This document shows positions 20,662-30,942 of a stretch of 64,000 nt of DNA, one piece after another. The notes below the pieces were generated by a model. The model saw nothing but the letters and a program-made list of their open reading frames with translations. It was not told where the DNA came from and searched no databases. The translations under genes and the position numbers were made by a program. Origin of the DNA: Trueperaceae bacterium (GTDB lineage Bacteria > Deinococcota > Deinococci > Deinococcales > Trueperaceae); the NCBI GenBank assembly GCA_965215565.1, contig CBDCDZ010000004.1:1504001-1568000 (forward strand), given 5' to 3'. Numbering within the stretch: position 1 is the first letter of the stretch; every line of letters starts with the position of its first letter.

Positions 20662-22293
20662 CTACTCCCCGGCGACCTCGAAGACGCGCGTCGCCCGGAA
20701 GGTCTGAGCGTACTGGTCGGTCGTCTCTACGCGGACCTGGTGCACGCCGGGCGCTAGGTCGTCCGGCAGGGGTGCGGTCCAGATGTGCGACGAGTCGATA
20801 GGACCGGGCATCTCCTCGGGGAAACGCTCCTGCAGCTCGCTGATGTAGGGGGCGCCGCGCAGGGTGCGCTCCATCGTCCGCATCTCGCCCCCGTCGATCT
20901 GATAGCGGACGCTGGAAAGCTCGCTGCCGTTAAAGACGTTGGCGACGACTTGCGGTCCGGACCACTGCGCGGGGTCGAGGGTGTTGCCGTCCTGCTGCGC
21001 CTGGGCGACGCTGATGTTCATCTGATAGTCGGCGGCTTCGCCCGCCCCTTTGAGCCGCTCGCGGTAGGCGTTACCCTCAAAGGAGAGGACGTGATGACCG
21101 TTAGGCAGCCCGTCACGAGTGGTGGTGATGGGGATGCCGCGCTCGTCTTCGGGTCCGCCCCACCAGATACCCGAGAGGGTCGTCAGGGTGATGTGATGCA
21201 GCGGGTTGGGCGCTTGAAAGCCGTCTGCTTCGCCGAAGTAACTGTGCTCGGTCTTAGCGTGGACGTGGCCCGAGATGGAGAGCACCCGCTCGCGCCCCGC
21301 CAAGACCTCGAAGAGTGCCTCGCGGTCGGCGGTGTTGATGCCGGCGCTGTCTTCGCGCCCTTGGTCGATCAGGGGGATGTGCATGGCTAAGACGATGAGC
21401 TTGTCCTCCGGGACGAAGCGCAGGTCGTTCTCGAGCCAAGAGAGCTGCGCTTCGCCGATATACCCGCGGTAGCCGCCTGATTCGCCGTCCTCCACCCCGA
21501 AGTACTCGACGTTGTCCAATACCACAAAGTGCGCCTGCCCGTAATCGAACGAGTAGTAGGGCGGGCCGTAGACGCGCTTATAGGTCTCTAGCGAGTAGGC
21601 GTCGTCCGGCGACTGAAAGTTCAGGTCGTGGTTGCCCGGCACGTTCCAGAAGGGGACGCCAATCGTCGCGACGATCTGATTGTAGCGCTCGAACAGGGAC
21701 AGATCGTCGTACATGATGTCGCCGACGGTGATGCCGAAGGCGGCGTCCGTACCGACGATCTCCGTAATCACGTCGTCGCGGATGTAGTCGAGTTCGGTGT
21801 CGTCGCGGGGTTGTGGGTCAGCGAAGGCGAGCGCCTCAAACGGCTCATCCACCTCGGACGCTTGCAGCGGAAAGTCCACCGAGTCGGGCAGCGGACCTGT
21901 CGGCTCGATGCCGTCAAAGTCGAGGTCTAAGTCTTCGGGCGTGCCGTTAGGCTGGTGGATGTAGTAGAACTGCGGCAGCATCACCTCGTTCACCGGGACC
22001 ATGTAGCCAGCGGGTTTGGTGACGAACATGATTATCTCGTCACGAGCGGGCAGCTCATAGCGACCGCTATCGTCTGTTTGCACCACCTCGAGCCCGTTCG
22101 AGACTGACACGCCTGCGACCCCCGGTTCGCCTTCGTCGCGCTGCCGGTTCTCGTCGAGGTCGTGATAGACGACACCCGAAACGCTCTGCCCTGATGCCTG
22201 GGCACCGCCCGTTTCAGCGCCTCCGGTCTCTTGTGCCTGCCCAACCGTGAGCGCTAATAAGCTGGCGAATAACAGTTCTTTGATAGGTAGCAT
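20662..22293 (-). CDS. Secreted calcineurin-like metallophosphoesterase
   Basis: ADPQ, GDIMYD, PGNHD, MHIP, SGHVH motifs; signal peptide from ATG 22293 after GAGGAG. Confidence 0.88.
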   Translation of the reverse strand: MLPIKELLFASLLALTVGQAQETGGAETGGAQASGQSVSGVVYHDLDENRQRDEGEPGVAGVSVSNGLEVVQTDDSGRYELPARDEIIMFVTKPAGYMVPVNEVMLPQFYYIHQPNGTPEDLDLDFDGIEPTGPLPDSVDFPLQASEVDEPFEALAFADPQPRDDTELDYIRDDVITEIVGTDAAFGITVGDIMYDDLSLFERYNQIVATIGVPFWNVPGNHDLNFQSPDDAYSLETYKRVYGPPYYSFDYGQAHFVVLDNVEYFGVEDGESGGYRGYIGEAQLSWLENDLRFVPEDKLIVLAMHIPLIDQGREDSAGINTADREALFEVLAGRERVLSISGHVHAKTEHSYFGEADGFQAPNPLHHITLTTLSGIWWGGPEDERGIPITTTRDGLPNGHHVLSFEGNAYRERLKGAGEAADYQMNISVAQAQQDGNTLDPAQWSGPQVVANVFNGSELSSVRYQIDGGEMRTMERTLRGAPYISELQERFPEEMPGPIDSSHIWTAPLPDDLAPGVHQVRVETTDQYAQTFRATRVFEVAGE

Positions 22294-22429
22294 AAACCCT
22301 CTCCTCACTGCGTCATTGAGTGTCAGTCTAGCTACCGGTAGCTGAAGTGACCCTAGCAAGCCTATGTCAGAGGGGCGTAAGGGAACACTGTAGACACGCT
22401 GACAGACAAGTGGAAGCAGATTCAGCGCT

Positions 22430-22459
22430 TCTGCGACGAACGCGCGCGTCTCTCGCACA
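22430..22459. repeat. 30-bp palindrome, copy 2 (TCTGCGACGAAC GCGCGC GTCTCTCGCACA)
   Basis: Direct reading. Confidence 0.85.
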
Positions 22460-22717
22460 AGACTTCAGCTATCTGGTCGCCGTAAATATGGTCCGCGCTG
22501 CTGAGCAACCGGCCTGACTCGAGCAGGTGCTCCGCCTTCAGCTACGTACTTGGCGTAGTTTTTGCTCACATAGACGATGTTTTCAAGTTCACACGGTGCA
22601 AGTAGCGTCACATCGGAGAGCATCACGGTAAGACTGCTGCGTTCAACCAGCAAATTTGTTAGAAGATAGACGGTGCTACCCTTCAATTCTCCCCAATTCA
22701 CGCCGTTTTCGTTAACG

Positions 22718-23899
22718 TCAGGTTTCTTCGTCTATAAAAAGTACATCGCGCACGAGACCGCGGCTGTCCGCCTGACCGCCAAGCGAACCTGCCAGGGTGC
22801 CGAACGCGGCGACGAACAGGCTCAGCTTGATATGGTCGAGCGTTCGCACCGCCGGGTCTACGGTCGGCCACGTCTCCATAAGTTGACGCGGAAAAATCGT
22901 AGCGACGCCCGTGTAGACGAGCGCGGCGAAGGCGGCAAAGATAAACAGCACCGTCAGCGTAAGGCTGAGCAGGATAGCCGCCCCGGTGACGACGCTCGAC
23001 TCGGCTAAACGTCGGCCCCTGCGCCGGGGTACGCCGAAAGCGAAGGCGCGGTAGAGCGCAAACGTTCCCACCGCTACGGACACACCCGCAAACAAGAAGA
23101 GCTGATACAGCTCGACGGTGCTCGCTACGTCCCACATCTCCGGGCTGAAAAACACGACGATGATAACCGACAGCGCTGCGGTAATCAGGGTGGGCAGGCG
23201 CGTCGCCAAACGCAGCGGGTTCGCCCTAGCTACAGCGTAAGCGATACTACGCCAGTCGCTCCGAAGCGTGCGCAGCACGAAACCCCAGCGGTTGCCCTGG
23301 CTCGTGCGCTCGTGCGCTTCACGTGGCAGGGCTAGGCGCACGTGGTTCCGCTGTTCGGGCGTCAGCGTCGCCATCGCGCCCAAATCGTCTACGCTTTCAA
23401 AATCGTACATCGCGTTGTGCGCCTCGTCCGAGTGCGGCAAGTTGAGAAGATGACCGAGCGTATGCAGCAGGAGGTGATTTAGGCGCTGCACGGTGAGCGC
23501 CTCGTCCGCTTCTTCCCCCCAAAAAGCGGGCTCGAGCCGCTTCGTCGAGATGACGCCGATGTTGGTCAGCTGACTCGGCAGGGCGAGGGTGTAAGAAAGT
23601 GTGGTGGCGGCGAGGTCGACTTCAGTGACGATGAGGAGAAAGTCGGCGTTACGCTCGAGTTTTTCGCTCACGCCGAGGCGCAGAAAGTCGAGCGGCGCGT
23701 AGGCTCCGGCGGTCGGGGTGAGGTGCGGTCCGTCGAAACGGAGTAGGTCAACACGCAGCCCTAGTTCGGTGCCAAGCGCCTTGTCAAACGCCGTCACCGC
23801 CTCGTTCGCCAGCCTCTCGAAACGCTCCGAGTGCTTGCCCTCCACGTCTATCGTCATCACACCGACGACGTACTCACGGCTCGAGGGGGTCTTAGACAT
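22718..23899 (-). CDS. Membrane protein with an N-terminal zincin/archaemetzincin-like domain
   Basis: HTLGHLLNLPH...AM (metzincin-like motif lacking the catalytic Glu) plus 4 C-terminal TM segments. Confidence 0.65.
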   Translation of the reverse strand: MSKTPSSREYVVGVMTIDVEGKHSERFERLANEAVTAFDKALGTELGLRVDLLRFDGPHLTPTAGAYAPLDFLRLGVSEKLERNADFLLIVTEVDLAATTLSYTLALPSQLTNIGVISTKRLEPAFWGEEADEALTVQRLNHLLLHTLGHLLNLPHSDEAHNAMYDFESVDDLGAMATLTPEQRNHVRLALPREAHERTSQGNRWGFVLRTLRSDWRSIAYAVARANPLRLATRLPTLITAALSVIIVVFFSPEMWDVASTVELYQLFLFAGVSVAVGTFALYRAFAFGVPRRRGRRLAESSVVTGAAILLSLTLTVLFIFAAFAALVYTGVATIFPRQLMETWPTVDPAVRTLDHIKLSLFVAAFGTLAGSLGGQADSRGLVRDVLFIDEET

Positions 23900-24322
23900 G
23901 GTTGCTCACTAAGCTGAGTATACGTGACGCGCCTGTGCCAGTTCGGGACAGTTCCCTCAATCAGAAAATTTCTTACGCTAAGGCAAGCTGCCCCGTTTAC
24001 AGCATTCGGTTCGTTTTGATCAGTTGTGTCGGGAACGTTCTACTTGTGAACTAGACACTCAAACCGTCCGAAGAGCAAAGACAGGGCAGCTACGCTTAGT
24101 GCAGCAAAGCTTATTCAGGACTCAACTTATTCGCTTACCGTTAATTTTTTCCAAGCAGGGAACTACCCCTATTTGCGATGTCCCTACGCGGAGAGATGTT
24201 CACTGAGAACTTGATACGGTGATGGAGCTACAACACGCTTGGCTGAATGGCGAGCAAGGGCACCGGATTAGCGGTTCAAGGACCACTAGCGCCCTTTTGC
24301 TTACTCAAGCTGCATAAGTCCT

Positions 24323-24352
24323 TCTGCAACAGTTGCGCGCGTCACACGCATA
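24323..24352. repeat. 30-bp palindrome, copy 3, degenerate (TCTGCAACAGTT GCGCGC GTCACACGCATA)
   Basis: Same length, same GCGCGC core, same TxTGC...GCAxA ends. Confidence 0.6.
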
Positions 24353-24477
24353 GTGGTCCAATCGGTCTTGCCACAACCTCAGCCTCTTCTCCTGCGTGTA
24401 AGAATGCTGTGAGAGGGACGCTTCTACACTGATGGGACCTGGGCGCAACGGTGCGCCTTTAGGGAAGGGGTAGCGTC

Positions 24478-26487
24478 ATGTCCTGTTCGCACTGCCGCAC
24501 GATTCACAAACTGGAAGACGGGGGCAACGTCTTGCGCCTCGCTCACCCACTCGGTCATACGCGGCAGAAGCTGCGGCGCGCCCTAACAGAGCGCTACACA
24601 GTCACCGAGGTGAGTCAGGACGGCCTCAGCGTCACCGTGCCGCCGGGCTCGCTAGGTGAGTTGGCTAACCTGCTCGAGGGTAGTCTTAGCGCCGCCGAGC
24701 GCGAGAGCTGCCAAGCCTTGCTGCTAGCCGAAGGAGAAACGCCCAGCCTCGACAAGCTGTCACAAGTTCAACCTCTAACAGCGCTTCTCGCCAAGGTCCG
24801 CTCGGGCTGGCTCATCGACATGCTCCACGAGGACGCCTTCTACGCCGACTTCCAACCGATTGTATCGGCGGCAGAGCCAAGCCGCGCTTTTGCTTACGAA
24901 TGCCTGCTGCGCGGTCACGACGCACAGGGACAGGTCGTCCCACCAAGCCTAATCTTCGGGGCCGCGCGGAGCGCCGGGTTACTCTTCCACCTCGACCGCG
25001 CTGCCCGGCTGACTGCCATCCGCGACGCTCAGCGGCACGGGGTCGCCACACCTATCTTTATCAACTTCAACCCGACCTCGATCTACGACCCCGCCTTCTG
25101 CCTCAAGACGACCATCAAAGCGATCGAAGAGGCGCACATCTCAGCGGACCGGATCGTCTTCGAGGTGGTCGAAAGCGACGCCGTAGGCGACCCGGCACAC
25201 CTTCTCAACATTGTCCGCTTCTACCGCGAACAGGGCTTTCGCATTGCCATAGACGACTTCGGCGCGGGCTACAGCTCGATCAACCTCCTCACTCAGCTCA
25301 GACCGGACTTCGTCAAGTTCGACCGGGAGCTGATCCGCTTTATTGACCAGGAGCCCTACAAACAGAAGGTGCTGAGCAAGCTTATCGAGATGTCGCGCGA
25401 GCTAGGCGTGCGAACTCTCGGCGAGGGAGTCGAGCGGGAGGAGGAGTTTCTCTGGTTACGGGAGCGGGGCGTGGACCTTTTTCAAGGTTTCTTCTTCGCC
25501 AAGCCAGCCAGTCCGCCCGAGCAGCCGCAGGTCGTCCTCACCTTCGACAAACACCACTCGACATCACAGCTTGTACCGGAAGGGCTCGACATCGACCTCT
25601 CCTTCAGCTTAGACGACCGCTCGCTCCAGGGCGTGCTCGACTCGCTGAATGAGCAGGTCGCGGTGCTAGAGCGGAGCGGCAAGATCGTGATGGTCAACCG
25701 GGCGTGGCGTCAGGTCGGCGGCCTGGAGGCGCAAAACACCCGCTTTACCGGGGTTAATTACCTCGATGTCTGCCGCTTAGCGGTCGACACAGGTGATCAA
25801 GACGCCTTACGGAGCTACGAAGGAATACGCGGGGTATTGAGCGGTCAAGCGTCCGAATTCAGCCTCGAGTACCCTTGCGAAACGCCCCAGGGGAAGCGCT
25901 GGTTCCTAATGAAGGTGACGCCTTTAAGTGAGGGGCGCGGCGCGGTGGTACTGCACGTGGACATCACCGAGCGCAGGCAGCAGGAAGCGCAGGTCAACCA
26001 TCTCGCCAGCTTCGATCAACTTACGGGGGCGGCGAACCGCCACCATTTCTATGCGCAGGCTCAGCAGGTACTCAAGGAAGCTGAGCGTGAGATGCTCCCC
26101 TTCTCCCTGCTCTACCTCGACCTGGACGGCTTCAAAGGGATCAACGACCGCTTTGGCCACACTTGCGGCGATCAGCTTCTGCAACATGTGAGTGGGCGGC
26201 TACAGGGGCTGCTGCGCGAGGGTGACCTCTTAGCTCGTTTTGGCGGCGACGAGTTCGTGGTACTGCTGCGTGGTGTCTCCGGCGTTGACATCAACTCGGT
26301 CGCAGCGCGCTTCGGCCACACCCTCGAACAGCCCTTCGTAGTCAGCGAGCATACGTTCATCTGTAGCGGCAGCTTAGGCGCAGCCTCGTATCCAAAGCAG
26401 GGGCTTACGGTAGACGACCTCCTGCAGCGCGCGGACGAGGCAATGTACCAGACTAAGGCGCAGCGTAAGGCGAAAACTTCGGTGTAG
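24478..26487 (+). CDS. EAL-PAS-GGDEF c-di-GMP signalling protein
   Basis: FQPIV, ECLLR, DDFGAGYS, EGVE; DLDGFKGINDRFGH, GGDEF. Confidence 0.95.
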   Translation: MSCSHCRTIHKLEDGGNVLRLAHPLGHTRQKLRRALTERYTVTEVSQDGLSVTVPPGSLGELANLLEGSLSAAERESCQALLLAEGETPSLDKLSQVQPLTALLAKVRSGWLIDMLHEDAFYADFQPIVSAAEPSRAFAYECLLRGHDAQGQVVPPSLIFGAARSAGLLFHLDRAARLTAIRDAQRHGVATPIFINFNPTSIYDPAFCLKTTIKAIEEAHISADRIVFEVVESDAVGDPAHLLNIVRFYREQGFRIAIDDFGAGYSSINLLTQLRPDFVKFDRELIRFIDQEPYKQKVLSKLIEMSRELGVRTLGEGVEREEEFLWLRERGVDLFQGFFFAKPASPPEQPQVVLTFDKHHSTSQLVPEGLDIDLSFSLDDRSLQGVLDSLNEQVAVLERSGKIVMVNRAWRQVGGLEAQNTRFTGVNYLDVCRLAVDTGDQDALRSYEGIRGVLSGQASEFSLEYPCETPQGKRWFLMKVTPLSEGRGAVVLHVDITERRQQEAQVNHLASFDQLTGAANRHHFYAQAQQVLKEAEREMLPFSLLYLDLDGFKGINDRFGHTCGDQLLQHVSGRLQGLLREGDLLARFGGDEFVVLLRGVSGVDINSVAARFGHTLEQPFVVSEHTFICSGSLGAASYPKQGLTVDDLLQRADEAMYQTKAQRKAKTSV

Positions 26488-26530
26488 CTAGCTCCTTGCG
26501 AGGTCAGACAAGACGTTTGAGCCCTGCTTT

Positions 26531-26560
26531 TTTGCAACGAACGCGCGCGTTCGTTGCAAA
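26531..26560. repeat. 30-bp palindrome, copy 4, perfect (TTTGCAACGAAC GCGCGC GTTCGTTGCAAA)
   Basis: Direct reading. Confidence 0.85.
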
Positions 26561-26591
26561 AAGCTCAGAGTTTTTTGCTCTATACAACGCT

Positions 26592-27413
26592 CTAACTGCT
26601 AGACCGAAACCGAACTGCCGCCCCGCTCTCAGGCACCGTGTTGAGGTCACTCACCTTGCCCACGAGAAGCTTCTCCCCGACATGCATCATGAAGTGTTCG
26701 CCGCCCTGTCCTACGAAGGTGCCTTCGTAGAGTCGCCCCGGCTCGGTCGTGGCGAGGTAGCGCTCGTTCCAGTTGAAGGACTCGGACTCGAGAAAGGAGA
26801 TCGCCTCTCGCATCGGAGCGACACGCTCAGGGTCGCTGATCTCGTTCACGAGCCGCCGCATCATGTCGCGCTGCCCTCGCGAGGCTTCGATGCTCGCTAG
26901 AATCATCCGCTCGCGGCTCACAACGTCGAAGGTGAGGGTGTGACCCTCCGCTTTCGCCAGCGCTTCGACGAATACCCGCTGGGTGCGCCCGTTTCCCTCT
27001 CTAAAGGGGTGGAGTTGGTTGATGTCGCTGAGGAGGTTGGCGGCTCGTACAGAGAAGGTTGGGCGGTCTAAGCCTCGGTACTCGTCAACCTCCGATAGAG
27101 AGGTGAAGATGCGCTCGGCTTCATCCTCGAGTTCAGCGACGGGCGTGAACTGGTGCAGCGGCCCGCCTATCTGAGCGGCTTTGTAGAGTTCGGTGATGCG
27201 CGGCTCGCCGGCCCAGGAATAGATATCTTGGAAGAGGTAGTGATGCGTCGCCTTGAAGCGCGCGTAGGTGAAAGGACCTTGGGGACCGTCTTCCTCGACC
27301 GTTGCGAGCCGGTAGTCGGTAAAGTCCGCTTCGAGCTGGCTGAGCACTTGCGGATCGGTGACGCCTAGGTTGTTCTTGAGGGTGCCGTTCGGCTGAAGGT
27401 AGGGGTCACTCAC
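26592..27413 (-). CDS. Fic-domain toxin (VbhT/FicT-like)
   Basis: HPFREGNGRTQR Fic motif; LFQDIYSWAGEPR. Confidence 0.93.
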   Translation of the reverse strand: MSDPYLQPNGTLKNNLGVTDPQVLSQLEADFTDYRLATVEEDGPQGPFTYARFKATHHYLFQDIYSWAGEPRITELYKAAQIGGPLHQFTPVAELEDEAERIFTSLSEVDEYRGLDRPTFSVRAANLLSDINQLHPFREGNGRTQRVFVEALAKAEGHTLTFDVVSRERMILASIEASRGQRDMMRRLVNEISDPERVAPMREAISFLESESFNWNERYLATTEPGRLYEGTFVGQGGEHFMMHVGEKLLVGKVSDLNTVPESGAAVRFRSSS

Positions 27414-27609
27414 TCCGATTATGCAAGGCTCTGAGTTCGGCGAGCCAGGTCTTTTTGTCTATCTCTCCGCTGACCCACTTCGCTTTCAGCACCTGTGCCG
27501 CGTCAGAAGGGGTCAGCCCCTCCAGGCGTAGGTGGGCGGCAGCAGAGCGAGCAACCTCACGGCGGCGTTCTAGCTCGGCCGGGCTGAGCATCGGTGTCTT
27601 GACGGTCAT
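27406..27609 (-). CDS. VbhA/FicA-like antitoxin
   Basis: 67 aa, AHLRLEG inhibitory motif, overlaps the start of fic. Confidence 0.85.
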   Translation of the reverse strand: MTVKTPMLSPAELERRREVARSAAAHLRLEGLTPSDAAQVLKAKWVSGEIDKKTWLAELRALHNRSE

Positions 27610-27684
27610 ATGGCGAGTATACCACGGGCAGCGTCGCCCTGAAGGGCGTCTTTGGCATTGGAAACGGTTGCTTTAGGCGACGCT

Positions 27685-27714
27685 TCTGCGACAGACGTGC
27701 GCATTCGTCGCACA
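27685..27714. repeat. 30-bp palindrome, copy 5 (TCTGCGACAGAC GTGCGC ATTCGTCGCACA)
   Basis: Direct reading. Confidence 0.8.
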
Positions 27715-27829
27715 AGGGCTAATCCCGACTAAGAGGAAGGGAGAGTTACCCCTGTCGCTCATCCCTACACTGTAGATGACAGCGCTCAGTAGTAGCGGCT
27801 ATCCTGCAGTGAGCCTTCGTTCAATTACT

Positions 27830-29668
27830 CTAAGCAGACGCAACGAGCGGCGCGCCCACCGCTGCCGAGGTCTCCTCAATGCGTACGCGGTTCACCGGTA
27901 CACGCAGCCGCTTGACTAGCTCTTTATCGTCGCCTTCAGGTTTTGACTTGTCCACTTTGTAGGCGGTGTATTCGCAGTAAGAGGCTGTGAACTCCACAGT
28001 GGCGTAGCCCCAGTCCTCGGAGTTGAAGAACTGGATGTGCGGGTTGGTTATGCGCACGAGGGTTTCTAACCCTTGCTGCTCCAACTGCTCGACCTCTTGC
28101 GGGCTCAAGCTCTGCGTTCCGAACGACTCGCCGAGCGAACCTCTGCCCCCACCTACCCCAATGAGTTCAGCAAAGTTCGCGGACGTGACTGCTGGCGTCA
28201 TGAATTCCACACCGACAAGGTTGCGCGGGTCAATGTTGAAGGGGTCTCTATCGTAGTCCACCTTGAGGTACGAGGCGATGTAGGTGTGCAGGTCGCCCGT
28301 CAGCACGACTAGGTTCTTCACGTTAGCCTCTTTCAGCTCTCGCATGATCCGCTCGCGTTCGGCTTCGTAGCCGTCCCAAGCGTCCAGGTTGAGGTAGAGC
28401 GCGGTCCCGTCGCCTAGCCCGACTTTGAGAGGTCCCTGAAAGACCTCGTTGCCCCACACCTTCCAGGTCGCCTCGGAATTTTCGATGCCGCTAAGGAGTC
28501 TATCGCGCTGCTGCGGCCCTAACATGCTGCGCTCCGGGTCATCCTGCTCGGGACAGCCCAGCGTGAAGTAGCGCTCGCCTACATCGCCGGTGCCGCAAGG
28601 GGGTGGATCGCGGTAGGAGCGTTCGTCGGTCATGAAGAGGTCCACGAGGTTACCGAAGGCGAGCTGGCGGCGAATGTCTAAAAACTGGCGCGGGTCGTCG
28701 GCGTTTTCTTGCAGAGTGACTCTCGCTGGCATATATTCTGCCCACGCCCGCCGCGCGTCGAAAGCGAGGCCGTTGCGCACCTCCCTAGATGCATCACCAT
28801 ACGGGTGGTCAGGCACGCCTACGCAGCCGTCCGCGTAGTCCCAGTAGCAGTCGTTGGCGGTCTCGTGGTCGTCCCAGATAGCGATGAGGGTGTGCTGCTC
28901 TAAGAGCTTTTGCAAAAAGCCGTCGCTTCGGTAGAGTTTGTAGATGAAACGGTAGTCCTCTAAGTTCAGCGCCGCTTCGCCGCCACTTGGCAAGGAAAAG
29001 GTGCGGTCTTCGAAGGGTTGACGCTGAAAGCGCGGGTCGCCCGAAGTCTCGTAGATGAAATCGCCTAGGTGGACGACGAAGTCCACGTCATCTTGGGCGA
29101 GCTGCGCCAAGGCCCCGTAATACCCATTGGTGTAGTCCTGACAAGTGATGACGCCCAACTTGAGGCGTTCGGTCTCCTCACCTCTTGCCGGAGCTGTGCG
29201 ACAACGTCCGACTTGGCTGCCCGTCTTCCGGTAGGCGAAGCGGTAGTAGAGGCGCGTATTGGGAGGCAGCTTGCCGTCTAGGTCCAACTTAACTGTGTAG
29301 TCGTTCTCCGGCCTGATGTCACTGCCCTTGACGCGACCTCTCGCCACGACATTTCTAAAGTCCGGGTCGCGCGCCACCTCGAAGGCGAGCTTCTTGTTCT
29401 TCTTATAGGCCGCTGGGTCGATGCGCGTCCAGAGCATCACGCCTGAGGGCGTGGGGTCGCCCGAAGCTACCGACAGGCTAAAGACTTCTTTCGGATCACG
29501 GTCTTTTTGGAGCGTCGCGAACTCGTCCGCGACGTCCTCATCTTCGCCACTAAAGGCAGGTACGCTTTCTAACTCGCTACACGCTGTGAGGATATAGGGC
29601 GTTGCCAACGCTAAACTCGTCACGCCCATCCGCTTCAGAAACGTCCGCCGGTCGAACTGCTCCATCAT
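27830..29668 (-). CDS. phoD: PhoD-family alkaline phosphatase, Tat-exported
   Basis: RRTFLK Tat motif, SVASGDP, HLGDFIYE, WDDHE, DAWDGY, TGDLH. Confidence 0.93.
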   Translation of the reverse strand: MMEQFDRRTFLKRMGVTSLALATPYILTACSELESVPAFSGEDEDVADEFATLQKDRDPKEVFSLSVASGDPTPSGVMLWTRIDPAAYKKNKKLAFEVARDPDFRNVVARGRVKGSDIRPENDYTVKLDLDGKLPPNTRLYYRFAYRKTGSQVGRCRTAPARGEETERLKLGVITCQDYTNGYYGALAQLAQDDVDFVVHLGDFIYETSGDPRFQRQPFEDRTFSLPSGGEAALNLEDYRFIYKLYRSDGFLQKLLEQHTLIAIWDDHETANDCYWDYADGCVGVPDHPYGDASREVRNGLAFDARRAWAEYMPARVTLQENADDPRQFLDIRRQLAFGNLVDLFMTDERSYRDPPPCGTGDVGERYFTLGCPEQDDPERSMLGPQQRDRLLSGIENSEATWKVWGNEVFQGPLKVGLGDGTALYLNLDAWDGYEAERERIMRELKEANVKNLVVLTGDLHTYIASYLKVDYDRDPFNIDPRNLVGVEFMTPAVTSANFAELIGVGGGRGSLGESFGTQSLSPQEVEQLEQQGLETLVRITNPHIQFFNSEDWGYATVEFTASYCEYTAYKVDKSKPEGDDKELVKRLRVPVNRVRIEETSAAVGAPLVASA

Positions 29669-29767
29669 TCACCCCTCGAGCTGAAATTATTAGACTCTAC
29701 AGCGTGAGGTTCAGACGACTGTCAGGCGAGGTCTTCGACCTGGAGTTAGCTCTTGATGCAGTTTCGC

Positions 29768-29797
29768 TGTGCGTGAGTAGCGCGCAACTCACGCACA
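29768..29797. repeat. 30-bp palindrome, copy 6 (TGTGCGTGAGTA GCGCGC AACTCACGCACA)
   Basis: Same ends and core; arm interiors differ but remain self-complementary. Confidence 0.7.
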
Positions 29798-29869
29798 GCA
29801 CTAAATAACCACTTGAGTGTCGAAGCCGTAGCGTAGCGCCGCCGCAACGGTGCGGCGGCTCATCAGCCT

Positions 29870-30493
29870 TCACTTCGCACAGCCGTCGATCACTGTGCGC
29901 ACTGTGAACGCCGCCATCTCCGGGGCACTTTTCTCGTGAGCCTGGAGCAGCTCAGGGCGTGTGAGCGCCTCGAGCGCCGCGAGTAACAGTTCGACGACTA
30001 AAGGTGACGACAGGTCCGGGCGCAGTACGCCTTCTTGCTTGCCCTCTTCCAGAAGCAGGTTAAGTGTACGCCCCACCGTGTCTCGCCGGAACGTCACGAG
30101 GTAGTTCCACACCCGCGGCGCGTTGCGGCTGACGTCCTCTAAAGCCGACGCTTCGAGCCACCCCAGACGCACGTGCACGTTCTGCAAGAACCTCTCTAAC
30201 TTGCTGTGGAATGCTCCCTCGCCCTGAACAGTCTGCTCGATGTCTGCCTGAAAGCTTTCCAGATACTGCTCTAGCGCGTGTTGGAAAAGCGCCTCTTTAC
30301 TGCTGAAGTGCTCGTAGAGCGTCTTTTTACTGATGCGAAGCTCGCGGCTCAGCGCGTCCATCGGGACGTTACTATAGCCCTCGGTGAGAAAGCGCCGCAG
30401 CGCCAACGTTGAGATGCGCTGCGCGGTGTCGGCCTGAGGCGCTTTTGCTGCGTAGCTCGTGGTTTCAATCGTCATCGTATCCAAGTCTAACAA
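29870..30493 (-). CDS. TetR-family regulator
   Basis: GYSNVPMDALSRELRISKKTLYEHFSSKEALF HTH. Confidence 0.92.
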   Translation of the reverse strand: MLDLDTMTIETTSYAAKAPQADTAQRISTLALRRFLTEGYSNVPMDALSRELRISKKTLYEHFSSKEALFQHALEQYLESFQADIEQTVQGEGAFHSKLERFLQNVHVRLGWLEASALEDVSRNAPRVWNYLVTFRRDTVGRTLNLLLEEGKQEGVLRPDLSSPLVVELLLAALEALTRPELLQAHEKSAPEMAAFTVRTVIDGCAK

Positions 30494-30501
30494 AAGTGAG
30501 T

Positions 30502-30942
30502 TTACGACCGCGACGCGCGCTTTCGCTCTGAGCCGGTCGCGAGTTCGCGCTTATGCGCAATGCCAACGAACGCCAAGAGCGCGAGCAGAACGGCGGGCGT
30601 CATCACCTTGTTCGCGGGGTCGTTGATTTTCGCGTGCGTGGCGACTGCCCCCGTCATGGTCGCGCTAAGTAAGACGCTTGCAAGCGGTGTCAGAGCAGGA
30701 CGAACAAAACCTAAGAGGAGTCCAAGCGCACCCCCCACCTCAACCGCGCCTGTCACCACGCGAAACCACTGCGGGTAGCGGAAACGGTCGAAGTCATCGA
30801 CCATGTCGTTCGCTCCCGCAAGCTTGGAGCCGCCCGAGCCTAGAAACATCAGTCCTAATAGTGTTTGTAAAATTCTTAGTGTCCACGTCATGAATCTGCT
30901 CCTTATCTTTGTCTTTTTGACTCGGGTCTTACTTTTAAGCAT
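30502..30942 (-). CDS. DoxX-family membrane protein
   Basis: FLGSGGSKL...YPQWFRVVTGAVEVGGALGLL...GAVATH. Confidence 0.88.
   Translation of the reverse strand: MLKSKTRVKKTKIRSRFMTWTLRILQTLLGLMFLGSGGSKLAGANDMVDDFDRFRYPQWFRVVTGAVEVGGALGLLLGFVRPALTPLASVLLSATMTGAVATHAKINDPANKVMTPAVLLALLAFVGIAHKRELATGSERKRASRS

Noticed and set aside
24025..24180. TGTGTCGGGAACGTTCTACTTGTGAA and CTATTTGCGAT as the other transposon end
   Set aside because: Only 11/18 and 13/18 matches to the TnsB repeat, spacing to TGT is off by one, there is no AGAGC TSD, and it lies inside the module array.
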